Shown: positions 39,271 to 49,765, numbered from the stretch's first letter. The stretch is 64,000 nucleotides of DNA from Actinomycetales bacterium (GCA_045807245.1 JBJMHS010000008.1:1-64000), one strand, 5' to 3'. Program-made: numbers and translations. The notes: generated by a model from the sequence alone, not told the origin.

Positions 39271-39702
39271 TCAGCGCCAGACCTGTCTCGCCCGCCAGGT
39301 GGCGACGTAACGACCGACAGCTGCGAGCGGCCGGTCCGGGCGGCGCGGATTGCGCTTGCGCGGAAGGTCGCAGAGAAGGGCTCGACCGCTCTCGTCGGCC
39401 ACGGTCGCTAGGTCATCGGTCTGGAGCAGCCGTCGTAGCCGCGCCTCCGTGATCCGGGGAGAGCAGCCGAAGGCGCTGTGCTTCTCGAATGCGCGGCGCT
39501 CAAGCTCGGTGGCGGCGGGGCCGATGAGGTATCCCCATCTGCCGGCTTCGGGCCACTGTCGATCGCGTCGATATGCCTCAGCGAGGAGACCACGGATCTC
39601 ACGATCGTGCGGGTACGTCACAACGAGTCCTTTGAGCCGTTCACGCGCCTTGCGAGCGGCGCCATCTTCTAGGTCCGCCTTAGCGCGTCGAAGTCCCTCC
39701 AC
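39271..39702 (-). CDS. DUF6584-like protein
   Basis: KARERLKGLV.TYP.D...LAEAYR...EAGRWGYL pattern; CATCCT -10 upstream. Confidence 0.65.
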   Translation of the reverse strand: MEGLRRAKADLEDGAARKARERLKGLVVTYPHDREIRGLLAEAYRRDRQWPEAGRWGYLIGPAATELERRAFEKHSAFGCSPRITEARLRRLLQTDDLATVADESGRALLCDLPRKRNPRRPDRPLAAVGRYVATWRARQVWR

Positions 39703-39875
39703 GCCAGACAGGATGCCTGTTCGCCCCGCACTTCGACGACCTGGCGAGACACGTGCGACGTAAGCCGCAGCCCCTACGGGAAGCGGTGGGCCTTACTACC
39801 CCGAGCGTGGCTCAACCTCGCGGGCACTCTCCGGGCCAGGTGGCAGCCCGGCCTGCACACACCTACCTTGAGCCC

Positions 39876-40145
39876 ATGGCGACAGCCGACGATCGTCCCG
39901 AGCTGGAGCAGCGCTTGAATGTGATGTGGGCCTGGACAGCCATGGCCTGCTTCGCCATCGCACTGCTCACGATGTTCGGGGTTCTGTTCGGTGGTCTGCG
40001 CATCGGTTACGCCATCGGCACGTGGATCGGACTGGTGCTGGTCTGGCTGATCGGTCGAGGGGGAGCTCTCTGTGGATCCTGCGTCATCGATGAGAGGGAT
40101 CCGTGCCCGAGTCTGAGGAACAGCGCGAGGCATGGCTCCGGCTGA
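39876..40145 (+). CDS. Small membrane protein (leaderless; 3' end possibly decayed)
   Basis: TACCTT six nt before ATG; two TM segments. Confidence 0.55.
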   Translation: MATADDRPELEQRLNVMWAWTAMACFAIALLTMFGVLFGGLRIGYAIGTWIGLVLVWLIGRGGALCGSCVIDERDPCPSLRNSARHGSG

Positions 40146-40278
40146 ACAAGAGGCTAGATCGGCAGCTGCCGGTCATGGTCAAGATCATGGCGGCGCTGTT
40201 CGCCTTGGTTCTGCTCTTACTGGTCGTCGCCGTGGTCATCGGTTTCACGCAGTCATGAAAGGGTGGACCGTGCCGCAC

Positions 40279-40539
40279 TGGCTGAAGGTACTGGTGGGTC
40301 GAGCACGTGGAACGGAGCCTCCACCGCAGCCCTTCGAGATCACCGCGCGCGGACGACGGGTCATCCTCATAGTCGGTGCCGTCATGGTGGTGGGGCTAGT
40401 GGTCTACGCCGCGTTCACCGGCGACTTCTCCGTCTTGCAGGTGCTGATCCCTGCTGCCTTCCTCGTCGTGCTCGCGGTGTGCTTCCGCCTCGTGACGTTC
40501 GCGCGACACAGGCGACGCGGCGACGAGAGTCCGCCGTGA
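40279..40539 (+). CDS. Small 2-TM membrane protein
   Basis: RRVILIVGAVMVVGLVVYA and LQVLIPAAFLVVLAVCF helices; start approximate. Confidence 0.6.
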   Translation, partial: WLKVLVGRARGTEPPPQPFEITARGRRVILIVGAVMVVGLVVYAAFTGDFSVLQVLIPAAFLVVLAVCFRLVTFARHRRRGDESPP

Positions 40540-40642
40540 CGTCCGGGCGTCTGAGCAATGCACGGATGTCCGCACGACAGCGCGGACGGCGGCAGATGCG
40601 GATGCTTGAACGCTGCGTGGATCAAACGATGTTCGCCGAGCC

Positions 40643-40860
40643 CTAGAGCCGCATCAAGCCCTCGCCCACAAAGGTCATGCCGATCGCTATGAAACTGATC
40701 GGGACAGCGATCGCCGACAGGAGATACATCGCCCTGCCCGGTTCAAACGGCTCCGGAGGGTCCTCCATACCCATTTGGGCCCAGAGCCACTGGCGGCAAA
40801 TCAATGCAAGCACCCCGCCGGCTGCAGTCAGGGCTCCGACGATGACGGCAAGCAGGGGTG
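40643..40860 (-). CDS. Small 2-TM membrane protein (start uncertain)
   Basis: LLAVIVGALTAAGGVLALI and YLLSAIAVPISFIAIGMTFV. Confidence 0.5.
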
Positions 40861-40974
40861 ACGTCGAGCCTGGGCCCTGTCCGGCGTCCCAAACCAGGGA
40901 GCTCAAGTTTTGCCTCTCGTGTTCGGTTGGCCCAATCTTGCTACACCCACGAATCGACTGGACCCGCGGCGGCA

Positions 40975-41238
40975 ATGGTCACCCGCTCGGAGTATTGGAG
41001 CAGGCGGCAGGAACGACAACGTGCGGTCCAGGCGCAGATACGCAAGCGGCAGCGCATCTACCTCGTGATATTCGCCATCCTGATGGGGTGGGCGAGCCTC
41101 AGCGCAGCTCTGCAGACCTACTGGATTGTCGGCATCACCCTGACTCTTGTGCTGCTCCTCGTGGTCGTTCTGCCCTTGGCCGTCATTCCGCTGTTGGTTC
41201 GGCGCGGCCAGCGGGCATTGGATCGCGCCAGTGACTGA
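40975..41238 (+). CDS. Small 2-TM protein, paralogue of the C-terminal half of 34476-34925
   Basis: IRKRQRIYLVIF...LSAALQTYW...VVVLPLA versus IRRRQRIYPVIF...LSAALETFW...VVVLPLA. Confidence 0.62.
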   Translation: MVTRSEYWSRRQERQRAVQAQIRKRQRIYLVIFAILMGWASLSAALQTYWIVGITLTLVLLLVVVLPLAVIPLLVRRGQRALDRASD

Positions 41239-41406
41239 ATGCATGCATGACGCCAAGTGCGTACATCGCGCTGGGTCGCGCTCGTCCTCCCGCGCTTCGA
41301 CGCCGCTTCATGCAGGGTGCCCGCGCGACCCCTCCGATTTCACGCATGACCATCGCCCAGACGATTTATTCGGTAGGAGCGTCCCGACGGCGAACGTACC
41401 TTTGAG

Positions 41407-41550
41407 TCAGGGCAGCGGCGCCAGGGCCATCAGCCCAGCCCCCTGCCAAGCACCCACCGACCGACCAGGAGTGGCTAACCCGGCTACCGCGGCCGCCAGT
41501 AGCCAAGCGACCGAGGCCAGGGCAACGAAGAACACTGTGCGCGTGCCCAT
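41407..41550 (-). pseudogene. Leaderless small membrane ORF, probably with premature TGA
   Basis: TAGCCT six nt before ATG; MGTRTVFFVALASVAWLLAAAVAGLA...; the frame stays open past the stop. Confidence 0.45.
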
Positions 41551-41599
41551 CCGCTCAGGCTAGGAGCGGACCACCGCTCACGCCTCCCACGATGGTCGG

Positions 41600-41833
41600 T
41601 CAGTCTTCGTCTTCCTCACGAGCCTTGCCCCTGATCTGCTGCACCGCGAACGCGCCGATGAGAAGTCTTAGGATCACGAAAGCCAGGCGGCCCAGCCAGG
41701 TGTAGCCGTGGCTGACGGTGAGGGCTGCCGGAAGGCAGCCCACGGCCATCATCCAGAACGGGCGCTGAGGTAGCCGCCTAGGTATCTGAGCTGGCGTTTG
41801 CCCGGTGTCGGCGGTCCCGCTTGCCGGCCACAA
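41600..41833 (-). CDS. Small 2-TM protein (leaderless)
   Basis: TAGCCT six nt before TTG; two hydrophobic segments and an acidic tail. Confidence 0.5.
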   Translation of the reverse strand: MWPASGTADTGQTPAQIPRRLPQRPFWMMAVGCLPAALTVSHGYTWLGRLAFVILRLLIGAFAVQQIRGKAREEDED

Positions 41834-41995
41834 CCAATCAGGCTACCGGCCAACCTGTCCGGCGGGCGTCAGCCGCTCGTCGCCCCTAGCCTGAGGGCGA
41901 GATGGACCTTGGCCCGGACTGGGATCAGTCAAAGAAGAAGCTCGTAGGTTAGGAGGCACCCGCTCTGCAACCTGCGTTGCGGCGAACAGCCAGGA

Positions 41996-43042
41996 CTACG
42001 TGCGGGGCGATGCAACGCGCTCGCCCACAACGCGCGCAAACTCGTTGATCGAATCCAGTTGATACGGCTGCTTCACCAGTGGGGACAGTATGAGTGTCCG
42101 ATCTGTATCAGGATTGCGACCAAAGCGTCGCACGTCTATTTCGTCGTTCGATGTGAAGAGCCACCACGGGGCGAAATCGCCGAAGTCCGACTTAGCTGGT
42201 TCTCCAGTGTTTACGGTTGTGCCGATCAGAAGCTCTTTCATGGACTCGACGGTCTTCGTTACCTCAAGCATCCGTTGCCATTCGCTAATCAGCTCGAAAG
42301 AATCCAGACGATCGAGATCGATATAGTATTCGAGGGCGGGCTCGATATCCGCGAAGCCGCTTGCTCCGACTACGAGGATGTGATTCGTCGTAAGATAGAT
42401 GTGGCAGGCCTCCCATGGAATGGCGTGTTCGCCCTCGTGTGTCCAGGGGTGTTGGGCCAACAGGCTGAGGATGACCCTCTCTAATGGCGGAAGAGCTAGC
42501 GATCCACGGACCAGCTGGTGCTCCCCTTGCAGCGCGCGTGTGTATGCGGCGGGCGAAGGTGTGGTGACCCCTGACCGATGCGAACGGATCAGGGCGGCGC
42601 GCGGATCATTGCGTGAACGAAACACCGCAGTGTCCTCGCGCGGTCCTGCCGACCGCGCCTTTCGAAACAATGCGTTGAGCGCGTGTCTCGTGGTCCAGCC
42701 GCGTACAGGGTTTGCGGCAGCAAGACTGTCTGACCGACGGCCACGTTTCTCAAGGATGAAACCAGCACACGCGGCCACCGCGACCAGTGCGAGCATCCCG
42801 ACCAGATTGACCAGCAAACCCGTCCAGAACCTCCGAAATACAAGGATGAGGCACGCTATCAGCTCTCCGGCCGCACCCCCGGTCGCTGTTAGGCCCACGG
42901 TTCTCGGCGCCAATGGCGCTAGGAGTAAGGCGAGGACGCAGAGAATGGCGACCCCGGTCAGGCCGGTTGAGAGGTGATCCTCCCCACCAGTTGATCCAAC
43001 GACTATCGCGAGGAAGAGCGCGCCTCCAAGAAGAAACCCCAT
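41996..43042 (-). CDS. Membrane-anchored hypothetical protein (N-terminal TM bundle, soluble C-domain)
   Basis: GGAGG RBS; four hydrophobic helices then a soluble domain. Confidence 0.72.
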   Translation of the reverse strand: MGFLLGGALFLAIVVGSTGGEDHLSTGLTGVAILCVLALLLAPLAPRTVGLTATGGAAGELIACLILVFRRFWTGLLVNLVGMLALVAVAACAGFILEKRGRRSDSLAAANPVRGWTTRHALNALFRKARSAGPREDTAVFRSRNDPRAALIRSHRSGVTTPSPAAYTRALQGEHQLVRGSLALPPLERVILSLLAQHPWTHEGEHAIPWEACHIYLTTNHILVVGASGFADIEPALEYYIDLDRLDSFELISEWQRMLEVTKTVESMKELLIGTTVNTGEPAKSDFGDFAPWWLFTSNDEIDVRRFGRNPDTDRTLILSPLVKQPYQLDSINEFARVVGERVASPRT

Positions 43043-43717
43043 AGAACCGCACCTCCAGGCCGCTTCCCGGACTCCCGCTCAAGTTGCTACGGAGCCTCAT
43101 CCTCTTCTGCTGACGAGCGCTACTGTGATTATGCCCCGGAGATGGGTGCGGTGTAAGACTCAGTCATTAGCTTGGGGGCGGCACCCTGTGTCGCGGTGTG
43201 CCGACGCTGACCCCAGCTGAGAACGTCGAGGATCACGCCTGTTGCTGCCGCCTGACAGCCTGGTGGCCAGCGTGTGATCTCGGGTTCAAGGTCCATAGGC
43301 TGCCACTCAAGCGCGGTCTGGCCGGCCGTAAGACGTGGGTGTGCGTAGTTGGTTGTGCCGACGGACATCATCACCAGATCGAGGTTGGAACAGACCGTCT
43401 CGACCGTCTATCGGTGGTCGAGGTTCGCGGCCCCTTCTATCGACGCTCCGCCTACCTTGTGGGCGCGACGAGACTGGTCGCGATCGTCATGTGGTCGCCC
43501 GCGGTTGCGGTGACTGTCACCGACAGTCCTTGCAGAGTAGGTCGCTTCTCGGTAAACAGGCAGGTCGCCGCGGACACCGGCATAGACCGACGCTGACTCT
43601 CGCCCGCGTGCACCGCAGGCTGACCTGAGCACGGCTCCACCAAGCTCACGCCCTGTGACATGGTCCGTCAGCCGCTGGGCAGATGGGCCTGGTCCTGAGG
43701 ATGGGCGCCGGCACGCG

Positions 43718-43909
43718 GTGATCGTTCTGATCGTGATGGGTCTTGTCGTGCTCGGCGCGTTCTGGCTGCTGTACAGGATCGCCAGCGGAATGAAGCGCGA
43801 TGAGGACGCCATGCAGATCGGTTCGTACAACGCTTGGTCGTCGCCACCCCCACGCCCGCCATTCCCCTCGCCGAAGTCCGAGAGCGGCGAGCATGCCGGC
43901 TGCAAATGA
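43718..43909 (+). CDS. Small single-TM protein similar to 35149-35346
   Basis: TM helix followed by YRIASGMK. Confidence 0.5.
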   Translation: MIVLIVMGLVVLGAFWLLYRIASGMKRDEDAMQIGSYNAWSSPPPRPPFPSPKSESGEHAGCK

Positions 43910-44024
43910 CTCGCAGTGACAGTGTGGCCTTGGGTTGGGCTAGGGTCCGCGCATGGTCTGATGCCGCTCGTGCTGTCTGGCAGCACCGCAACACTCTGAC
44001 CTACGGAAACGCGGTGCCCGACAG

Positions 44025-45034
44025 TGTGCAACTGACGGTGCCTGTTCACACTCGGGCCTGGGTTTTCTGGCGGAGTCGTTCGTAGGGTGTCTGGCCGCCG
44101 AGGCCGCCGTGGGGTCGATGGTAGTTGTAGAAGTTCTCCCATTCCTGGAGCTTGTCGTTGAAGATCTTGGCGTCGTCGATGACAACCCCGTCGAGCATGC
44201 GATAGAACTCCTCGGCGTCGATGCGGTGGGAGCGCTCTACCTTGCCGTTCAGGCGCGGGGTGCGGGGCTTGATGTAGACGTGCCCGGCGCCCTTGTCCAG
44301 GACTTGGTAGTGGAACTGGGACTGGAACTCGGCCCCGTTGTCGGTCTGGATGACCTGGACCTGGAAGGGCAGCCGCTGGAGGACGTAGTCCAGGAACTGG
44401 ATCGCAGTCTTCTGGTCGCAGCGCGGGTAGATGCGCAGCACTCGGAGCCGGGTGCAGTCATCGATCGCGGTGAACTGGTAGTACCGCTTGCGAGGCGCGG
44501 CAGCGCTTTTGAGCGGTTCGACGAACTTCACGTCGATCTGGACCCGGTGGCCGGGTAGCTGCTTCTCATAGCGTTGCCAGCGCTTGTCCAAGCGTTTGTA
44601 GCGCTGGGAGGCCGGGAGCCGGTTCATCTCGAGGCGCTTGAGGATCCGCCAGATCCCGGACTGGGAGACCTCCACGTCGTGGTACCGCTTGAGATACATC
44701 GAGATCTTGCCCGGCCCGAAGTGATAGTTCTGACGCAGGTACAAGATCTTGCCCACCACGTCGGTCGGGGTGGTGTTCGGGCTCACATGCGGGCGGGAGG
44801 ACTTGCTCCGCAGACCCTCCACGCCGAGCTCGTCGTAGCGGCGGCGCCAGGTGTAGAAGACCTGCCGGCTGATCCCGAAGTACCGGCAGGTCATCGAGAC
44901 GTTCCCCGTGACCTCCTCGGCGTGCTGGAGGACCGCCAGGCGGTGCCTGACCTCACGCGGCAGCTGTGGATCACTCATCCGGTCTCCCTATTTGCCGGAG
45001 ACCCGAACTGTCAACGAGGTCCGTCAGTTCTAGA
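44025..45034 (-). mobile_element. IS481-family insertion sequence (~1010 bp)
   Basis: Imperfect ~28-bp terminal IRs sharing AACTGACGG; flanked by the 16-bp direct repeat ACGCGGTGCCCGACAG (44009-44024 and 45035-45050). Confidence 0.88.
44046..44978 (-). CDS. IS481-family DDE transposase
   Basis: N-terminal HTH, QIDVK, AIDDCTR, QTDNGAEF, NGKVERSH, YNYHRPH. Confidence 0.95.
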   Translation of the reverse strand: MSDPQLPREVRHRLAVLQHAEEVTGNVSMTCRYFGISRQVFYTWRRRYDELGVEGLRSKSSRPHVSPNTTPTDVVGKILYLRQNYHFGPGKISMYLKRYHDVEVSQSGIWRILKRLEMNRLPASQRYKRLDKRWQRYEKQLPGHRVQIDVKFVEPLKSAAAPRKRYYQFTAIDDCTRLRVLRIYPRCDQKTAIQFLDYVLQRLPFQVQVIQTDNGAEFQSQFHYQVLDKGAGHVYIKPRTPRLNGKVERSHRIDAEEFYRMLDGVVIDDAKIFNDKLQEWENFYNYHRPHGGLGGQTPYERLRQKTQARV

Positions 45035-45038
45035 ACGC

Positions 45039-45085
45039 GGTGCCCGACAGGATTCGAACCTGCGGCGCACGGTTTAGGAAAACGT
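45039..45085 (-). pseudogene. 3' half of tRNA-Arg(CCT), degenerate; att-site remnant
   Basis: Minus strand TTCCTAA-ACCGT-GCGCC-GCAGG-TTCGAAT-CCTGT-CGGGCACC; no 5' acceptor or D arm upstream. Confidence 0.78.
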
Positions 45086-45335
45086 TCAGGCCGTCGACCT
45101 GACCGAGGAACGCCATGGACGGGGTGAACGGTTTCCCACAGCACCCTCGCGGCCTTATCTTCACATCAAGCTCGAGCGGCTCAGCGCACTGCTCCAACAG
45201 GGTCACGGTCGGCAGCTGGGCTAGACGACCCCTCCGGCAAGCGGAACGCCGCCTGGTGGTCAAGCCGCTTCGACAGCCGGGCACCGATCGACCGTACGGC
45301 AGACGCAGGGCTGTTCCGGCACCGGCAACCTGTCG

Positions 45336-46391
45336 TTATGCCGGTGCCAAATCTGCGGTTCCTGCGAGCAGGGCAGCTTCGCTGATCGACGCGGCGCCGA
45401 GCTCCGTTGCCGCATCAACAAGTCGACTCCAGATCAAGGGTTCCGCCGATTGCATTTCGGCCGAAAGTTGGGGCAGGTCGAAATGTGCTTCGCTGAATCT
45501 GAACAATAGGTTTCGCGGCTCCGGTCGAAGCATGTCGATGGTTAGGTCTGTGGCGATCGTGAGGTCGCTAACGTTGGTGAAGAACCGTGGCTCGCTCGTT
45601 GCAACCGAACCGTCCTCAAGCGACTCGACTCGCACGCAGAAGGCGGCCCTAAGATCAGCGGTAGCGGGGAGGCCTATTCCTATCAATAATGGCTCCTTTG
45701 GTTCCAGTCTATACTGCAACGAGAAGGGCTGGATGGGTTCGTCGACAAAATAGGAGAAGGCGTCGCCCGACAGATCTTGGAGGCCAGGCATTTCTCGCAA
45801 ATCAAGTTCCTGTCCCAAAGCCTGTTCGAGCTCCAACAGGTGTGCGAGTACTTGTGGTCCTTGAAGAACGGTGATCTGCACCCACGGGTCCTCGACCACC
45901 TCGACGCCCCACTCCTCTTCCTTTACCGTCCTACCTTCCACCTCAGGACCGATCCTCGCAAGGCCAACTGAAAGACGGCCGCCAATCTCGCCGGTCTTCT
46001 TGCTGCTCTTGCCCCGCCGATTCAGCCACATCCTTGACGACATCACCACGCCCGAGAGCGCGTCATCCGAGTCGGTCCGGGCTTGAAACTTACCCAGTCC
46101 CGATTCATTGTCGATTGCCGGAAGTTTCCAGATCGGGTCGGATCTAAACCGTCCTCCGCGGGAGCCCGGGACACCGTCCATCATCGCATCGAGGCGGGTC
46201 ACTGGAACTGTTTCTTTGCCCCAGAGCCTCCACCACATCTTGGGGATCAGGCGTTCCACGATGTATTGGTTTGGATCGAACAAATGGTAACGTGAAACGA
46301 GATGCAGTTCGGAACCAGCGAGCAGAGTCGATCCGTCAACGTTCTTGCCCGTAGCAGATTTTATCCAATTTATCGTGGCGTCGGCTGCCAT
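45336..46391 (-). CDS. Hypothetical protein
   Basis: 351-aa ORF, GGAGG RBS, atypical codon usage. Confidence 0.7.
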   Translation of the reverse strand: MAADATINWIKSATGKNVDGSTLLAGSELHLVSRYHLFDPNQYIVERLIPKMWWRLWGKETVPVTRLDAMMDGVPGSRGGRFRSDPIWKLPAIDNESGLGKFQARTDSDDALSGVVMSSRMWLNRRGKSSKKTGEIGGRLSVGLARIGPEVEGRTVKEEEWGVEVVEDPWVQITVLQGPQVLAHLLELEQALGQELDLREMPGLQDLSGDAFSYFVDEPIQPFSLQYRLEPKEPLLIGIGLPATADLRAAFCVRVESLEDGSVATSEPRFFTNVSDLTIATDLTIDMLRPEPRNLLFRFSEAHFDLPQLSAEMQSAEPLIWSRLVDAATELGAASISEAALLAGTADLAPA

Positions 46392-47037
46392 ATTGCCCTC
46401 CTCACCTGATCGAGCCTAACGAGGACCTCGGACTGTCGGCCCAGGCCCAGGCTTCCAGGTCTACCGACCAAGCTGGTTCGTGTGGGACGCGCTGAACCAA
46501 AGTCTCGCGCTTGCGGAGGGTGCTGGCTAGGGCCTGGCTGCGCAAGATGGCAAGCGTGGTCATAGACGGCTGCGACGGTTCAATACCTCGACCGGCATCG
46601 GACACACGTACGCCCATCTTCTAGTGCGCGTGGCGAGGAGACCTACGGAGGCGGCTGCATGGCGACGGCACTTTCCACCGCGCCGGCTGGCATTCCCAGG
46701 AAGTCCGCACGAGACTGCCGGCGAACTTCGGGAACGAACGCGTGCGTTGTGTTGCACTGGGTCGCCATCGGCCCACCCCGGCCTCGAATACCCGCCGGAC
46801 GCCGGCAATGAGCGCCGACGCGGGGGGCGCCCGTTGCCAAGCAGGGCGGCGGCCGAATTGGACTACTCAGCCACACGCCTGCTGCCGGGCCTCGTTCCGG
46901 GGGAGGCCATCTTGATGTGAGTCGACTTTTCTGTGCCGGTCAGTGTGCGCATGCAGCGCCCAACGACTCCACCTGCATCCGAAGGTCCGAGGTACGGGAA
47001 CCGGGGTTCTAAGTCGAACGATGACGGCTGACCGGCG

Positions 47038-47315
47038 GTGCTCCGCCTCACCGCCAACCAGTACCTGAGGACCCACGACCGCCTGCGCCGGCTGTGACTG
47101 CACAAAAAACCAGCCGTCTTCGCGTAGTCAGCCCGACTGAGTAGTGGCCCTGCACGACTTCTTCGTGCCGGACCGAGGTCTGACTGATCTGGACATGCTG
47201 AACTCGCTAGCTCGTAGACGGTGGCGCCAGCCTCGTACTCGGCGGCTAGTCTGGCCAGCTGCAGGCTGTTAAGTCGGATCGCCCGTTTCGGCTGGGCACG
47301 GGCCGGTCGAACGGA
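47038..47315. pseudogene. Decayed, internally deleted copy of the 51205-52086 two-gene module
   Basis: RLTANQYLRTHDRLRRL...LHDFFVPDR with stops, fused to ...GCCAGCTGCAGGCTGTT... of the HTH gene. Confidence 0.8.
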
Positions 47316-47383
47316 TGCCGCCTGTGGCCTCGTGCGTGGGTGTACCGGTGGACGTAACCCTCAATGCACAGCGAATGGATATG

Positions 47384-48223
47384 TTACCGCGGAACTCTCG
47401 CCTCGGCATTCTGTTTGTACCTCGCCACGACCCACGAGCCGAACTGAGTCCACGCAGCCGTGAGCGACACCAGCGAGAGCCCGACTCCGAAGATCCACCA
47501 GTGTTGTGTATTCGTCGTATGTGTGAAAGGGAGCGGCAAAGTGGCCACCCCGATGCCGAGGCTTGTGATGCCTGCGTGGAGCGCCCACCGACGGGCAAGG
47601 ACGCCCTCGAAGCACCAATTCATGTACGTGACCAGACGCTTTTCAGAGACTTGACCGCCGATTCCGGTGGGCAGGAACGGCCCGACGGTGGTCTTGTTCC
47701 GGAGCACGGCCGCGTAAACAGTAGCCAGGAACAACGCGAGCGCCAAGAAAAGGACCGGCAATAGAGCCACCGGCTGGAGTGCCTGGGTCGTGACGCCAGT
47801 CTCGCCGCCCGTAGCTGTTTCTGCCCTCGTGTAGATGAAGGCAAGGAGCCCGGTGTAGAGGGTGATGATGGTGCCCACAGAGGCGGTGAGGACGTTGGTT
47901 CGCGTCAGGGTCCTATCAAGGGTGGACTGCGTTGTCGTGATGTAGGCGGCTTGTACCCCGGCAAGGGAGGCTACCTCTGCCGCCCGTGTGGCCTCGTCAC
48001 TGGAGGCCGCTAACGCTCTTCTCGTCTTCGTGTTCTCTCTCCTCGCGGCGATCGTCGCGGCATCGTCGGACCAGAGTTGCTTCATGGCTTCTCTGTATAG
48101 ATCGAGTCCACTGTCGAACGCGGTCTTGTCGTAGTCAGCCTTTTTGCCCTTTTCCCCTTGGTCTGTATCGGGTGGGGCAGTGGGCTTCTCAATGGAGGCC
48201 GGGGGTGGTGGAGGCGTTGGCAT
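47384..48223 (-). CDS. Hypothetical membrane protein (coiled coil plus 4 TM)
   Basis: AGGAG RBS before ATG 48223; hydrophobic helices. Confidence 0.7.
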   Translation of the reverse strand: MPTPPPPPASIEKPTAPPDTDQGEKGKKADYDKTAFDSGLDLYREAMKQLWSDDAATIAARRENTKTRRALAASSDEATRAAEVASLAGVQAAYITTTQSTLDRTLTRTNVLTASVGTIITLYTGLLAFIYTRAETATGGETGVTTQALQPVALLPVLFLALALFLATVYAAVLRNKTTVGPFLPTGIGGQVSEKRLVTYMNWCFEGVLARRWALHAGITSLGIGVATLPLPFTHTTNTQHWWIFGVGLSLVSLTAAWTQFGSWVVARYKQNAEARVPR

Positions 48224-48599
48224 CACTGCTCCTACGCTCCGTCTGGCAGAGCGGGAGGCGCAGGCGCTGGCATTGCGAGGGGGACCGGCCCGTGCGCGGG
48301 TGAGGCGCCGAATCCGCCGCCTTCGAGGGCCGTCAAGGGGGTTCCTGTTACCGTGTGCCAATCATCGCCGAGTTTGTGAACTAGCCCCCATTCGCGGTCG
48401 TCTGCCCAGTCCCTCGCGTTTCGCTTCGTGCGTTCGGTCATGTCGACGTAGCAGCGCATGTTCTCCTCACCCCTAAACATTCGGCACCCGGCAGTTGTCC
48501 CCCTGGGTTACCGCGGTCTGATGCCTGAGCGCAAGACCTACGGCCTTCAAAAAAGTGAGGATGAGTCTGCCGCAGGTTCTGAGGCAAGGTTCGGGTCGC

Positions 48600-48865
48600 T
48601 TCACCAGGCCGATCGCCACCTGGTGGTCAAGCTTTGGTTCGTCCGGAGATTCAGGTTCACAGGCCCGGCTCGAGCCTCCCTGTGGATGGCGTACGACCGG
48701 GCACGGAAGCAACCGCAAGGGGCCGATGACCGGGTGGCCTGAGTCACCTGCCGTGGCTATCCCGTATCCGGGTGCCTCGTTCGCGGGGGTAGCGGCGTAC
48801 GGTCTCTGAGGCGTAGCCGGTTCGCTCACCGACCGCGACGAGGGCGAGCCCGGATCGGTACAGGC
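48600..48865. pseudogene. Decayed copy of the convergent junction of the two-gene module
   Basis: CAGGCCGATCGCCACCTGGTGGTCAAGC...TGGATGGCGTACGACCGGGCACGGAA...GTCACCTGCCGTGG matches 51517-51775. Confidence 0.82.
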
Positions 48866-49256
48866 GCCGAGTTCGTTGACTTGAGAAGCCAAGCTCCACG
48901 GGGAGTCGTCGCCCGCCGGACCAAACGCGGTCTCTTTGAAGCGCAGGTCGCGCAACTCGTCCGAGGTCATCTGGCGGATCTCTAGGCTCTCGACCACCGA
49001 GGCGCTGGCAGCTGCCAAAACCCTGAAGTCCCCGGTTTGACCTCGGGCCTCAGGCGGACGCTTCCCTTTGCCCGGCACCGACTCCGGCGGAACCCACATT
49101 GCCTCCATGCCAGGCCCTGCTTGAGTTGTGCTGTTGCCCTTCGATGGCAGCAGGGCTTCGCATTAGGCTTGCGTAGCAGCCAGATCGGGCCCCGGCGTCA
49201 TTCGGTCGGAGTCGCATGGTTGCCGGGTGGGCCATGGCGATGCCACAGTGCTCTAA

Positions 49257-49765
49257 TGGTCAGGCCAGAGGATGCGCCAGACCCGCCGGATAACTCTCAT
49301 GGGCCTTCGGTGCCGGTATGGCTGCCTCCGATGCTGTGCTCAATAGCCTTCTCTCTGACGGCGCTTGTCGGAGCCGCCGCCCTGCTGTTCAAGGACGACA
49401 CAGGTCCCTGGGGTCACGTCGCAGCGGTGATTACCTTTGGTGGGGGTCTTACTGGGGCCTTGGTTATGGCGCGCGGTCTGACCCTTATTGCCTCACTCGT
49501 GGCTCGCGCACAGGTTCAAATTTACGAGTTGGAGGCAGCAGCAGAGGTTCTTGAAACGCAAGAGGCGCAAGAAGGCACCAAGTCCTGGGTGCCCGCCGAC
49601 ATCGATCGACTGCGTGACGATCGACGCGAAGCCGTCGAGTTGGTAGGGCGCCTGATCGCTTGGGGTGCGGGCCAGACGGCGGTCGATCTCCGAGCCGCGA
49701 TCATGCGTGTCGATAGGTTCTTGGACTTCGGACCCGTCCGCAGTCCGGAGATCCGCGGCGGATAG
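49257..49765 (+). CDS. Hypothetical 2-TM protein
   Basis: Two hydrophobic helices then a helical soluble tail; start approximate. Confidence 0.55.

Noticed and set aside
33264..43909. Integron-like attC cassette array
   Set aside because: I found no recurring intergenic repeat by eye, orientations are mixed and there is no integrase
45039..45120. Intact tRNA-Arg gene
   Set aside because: No 5' acceptor strand or D arm; only the 3' half is present
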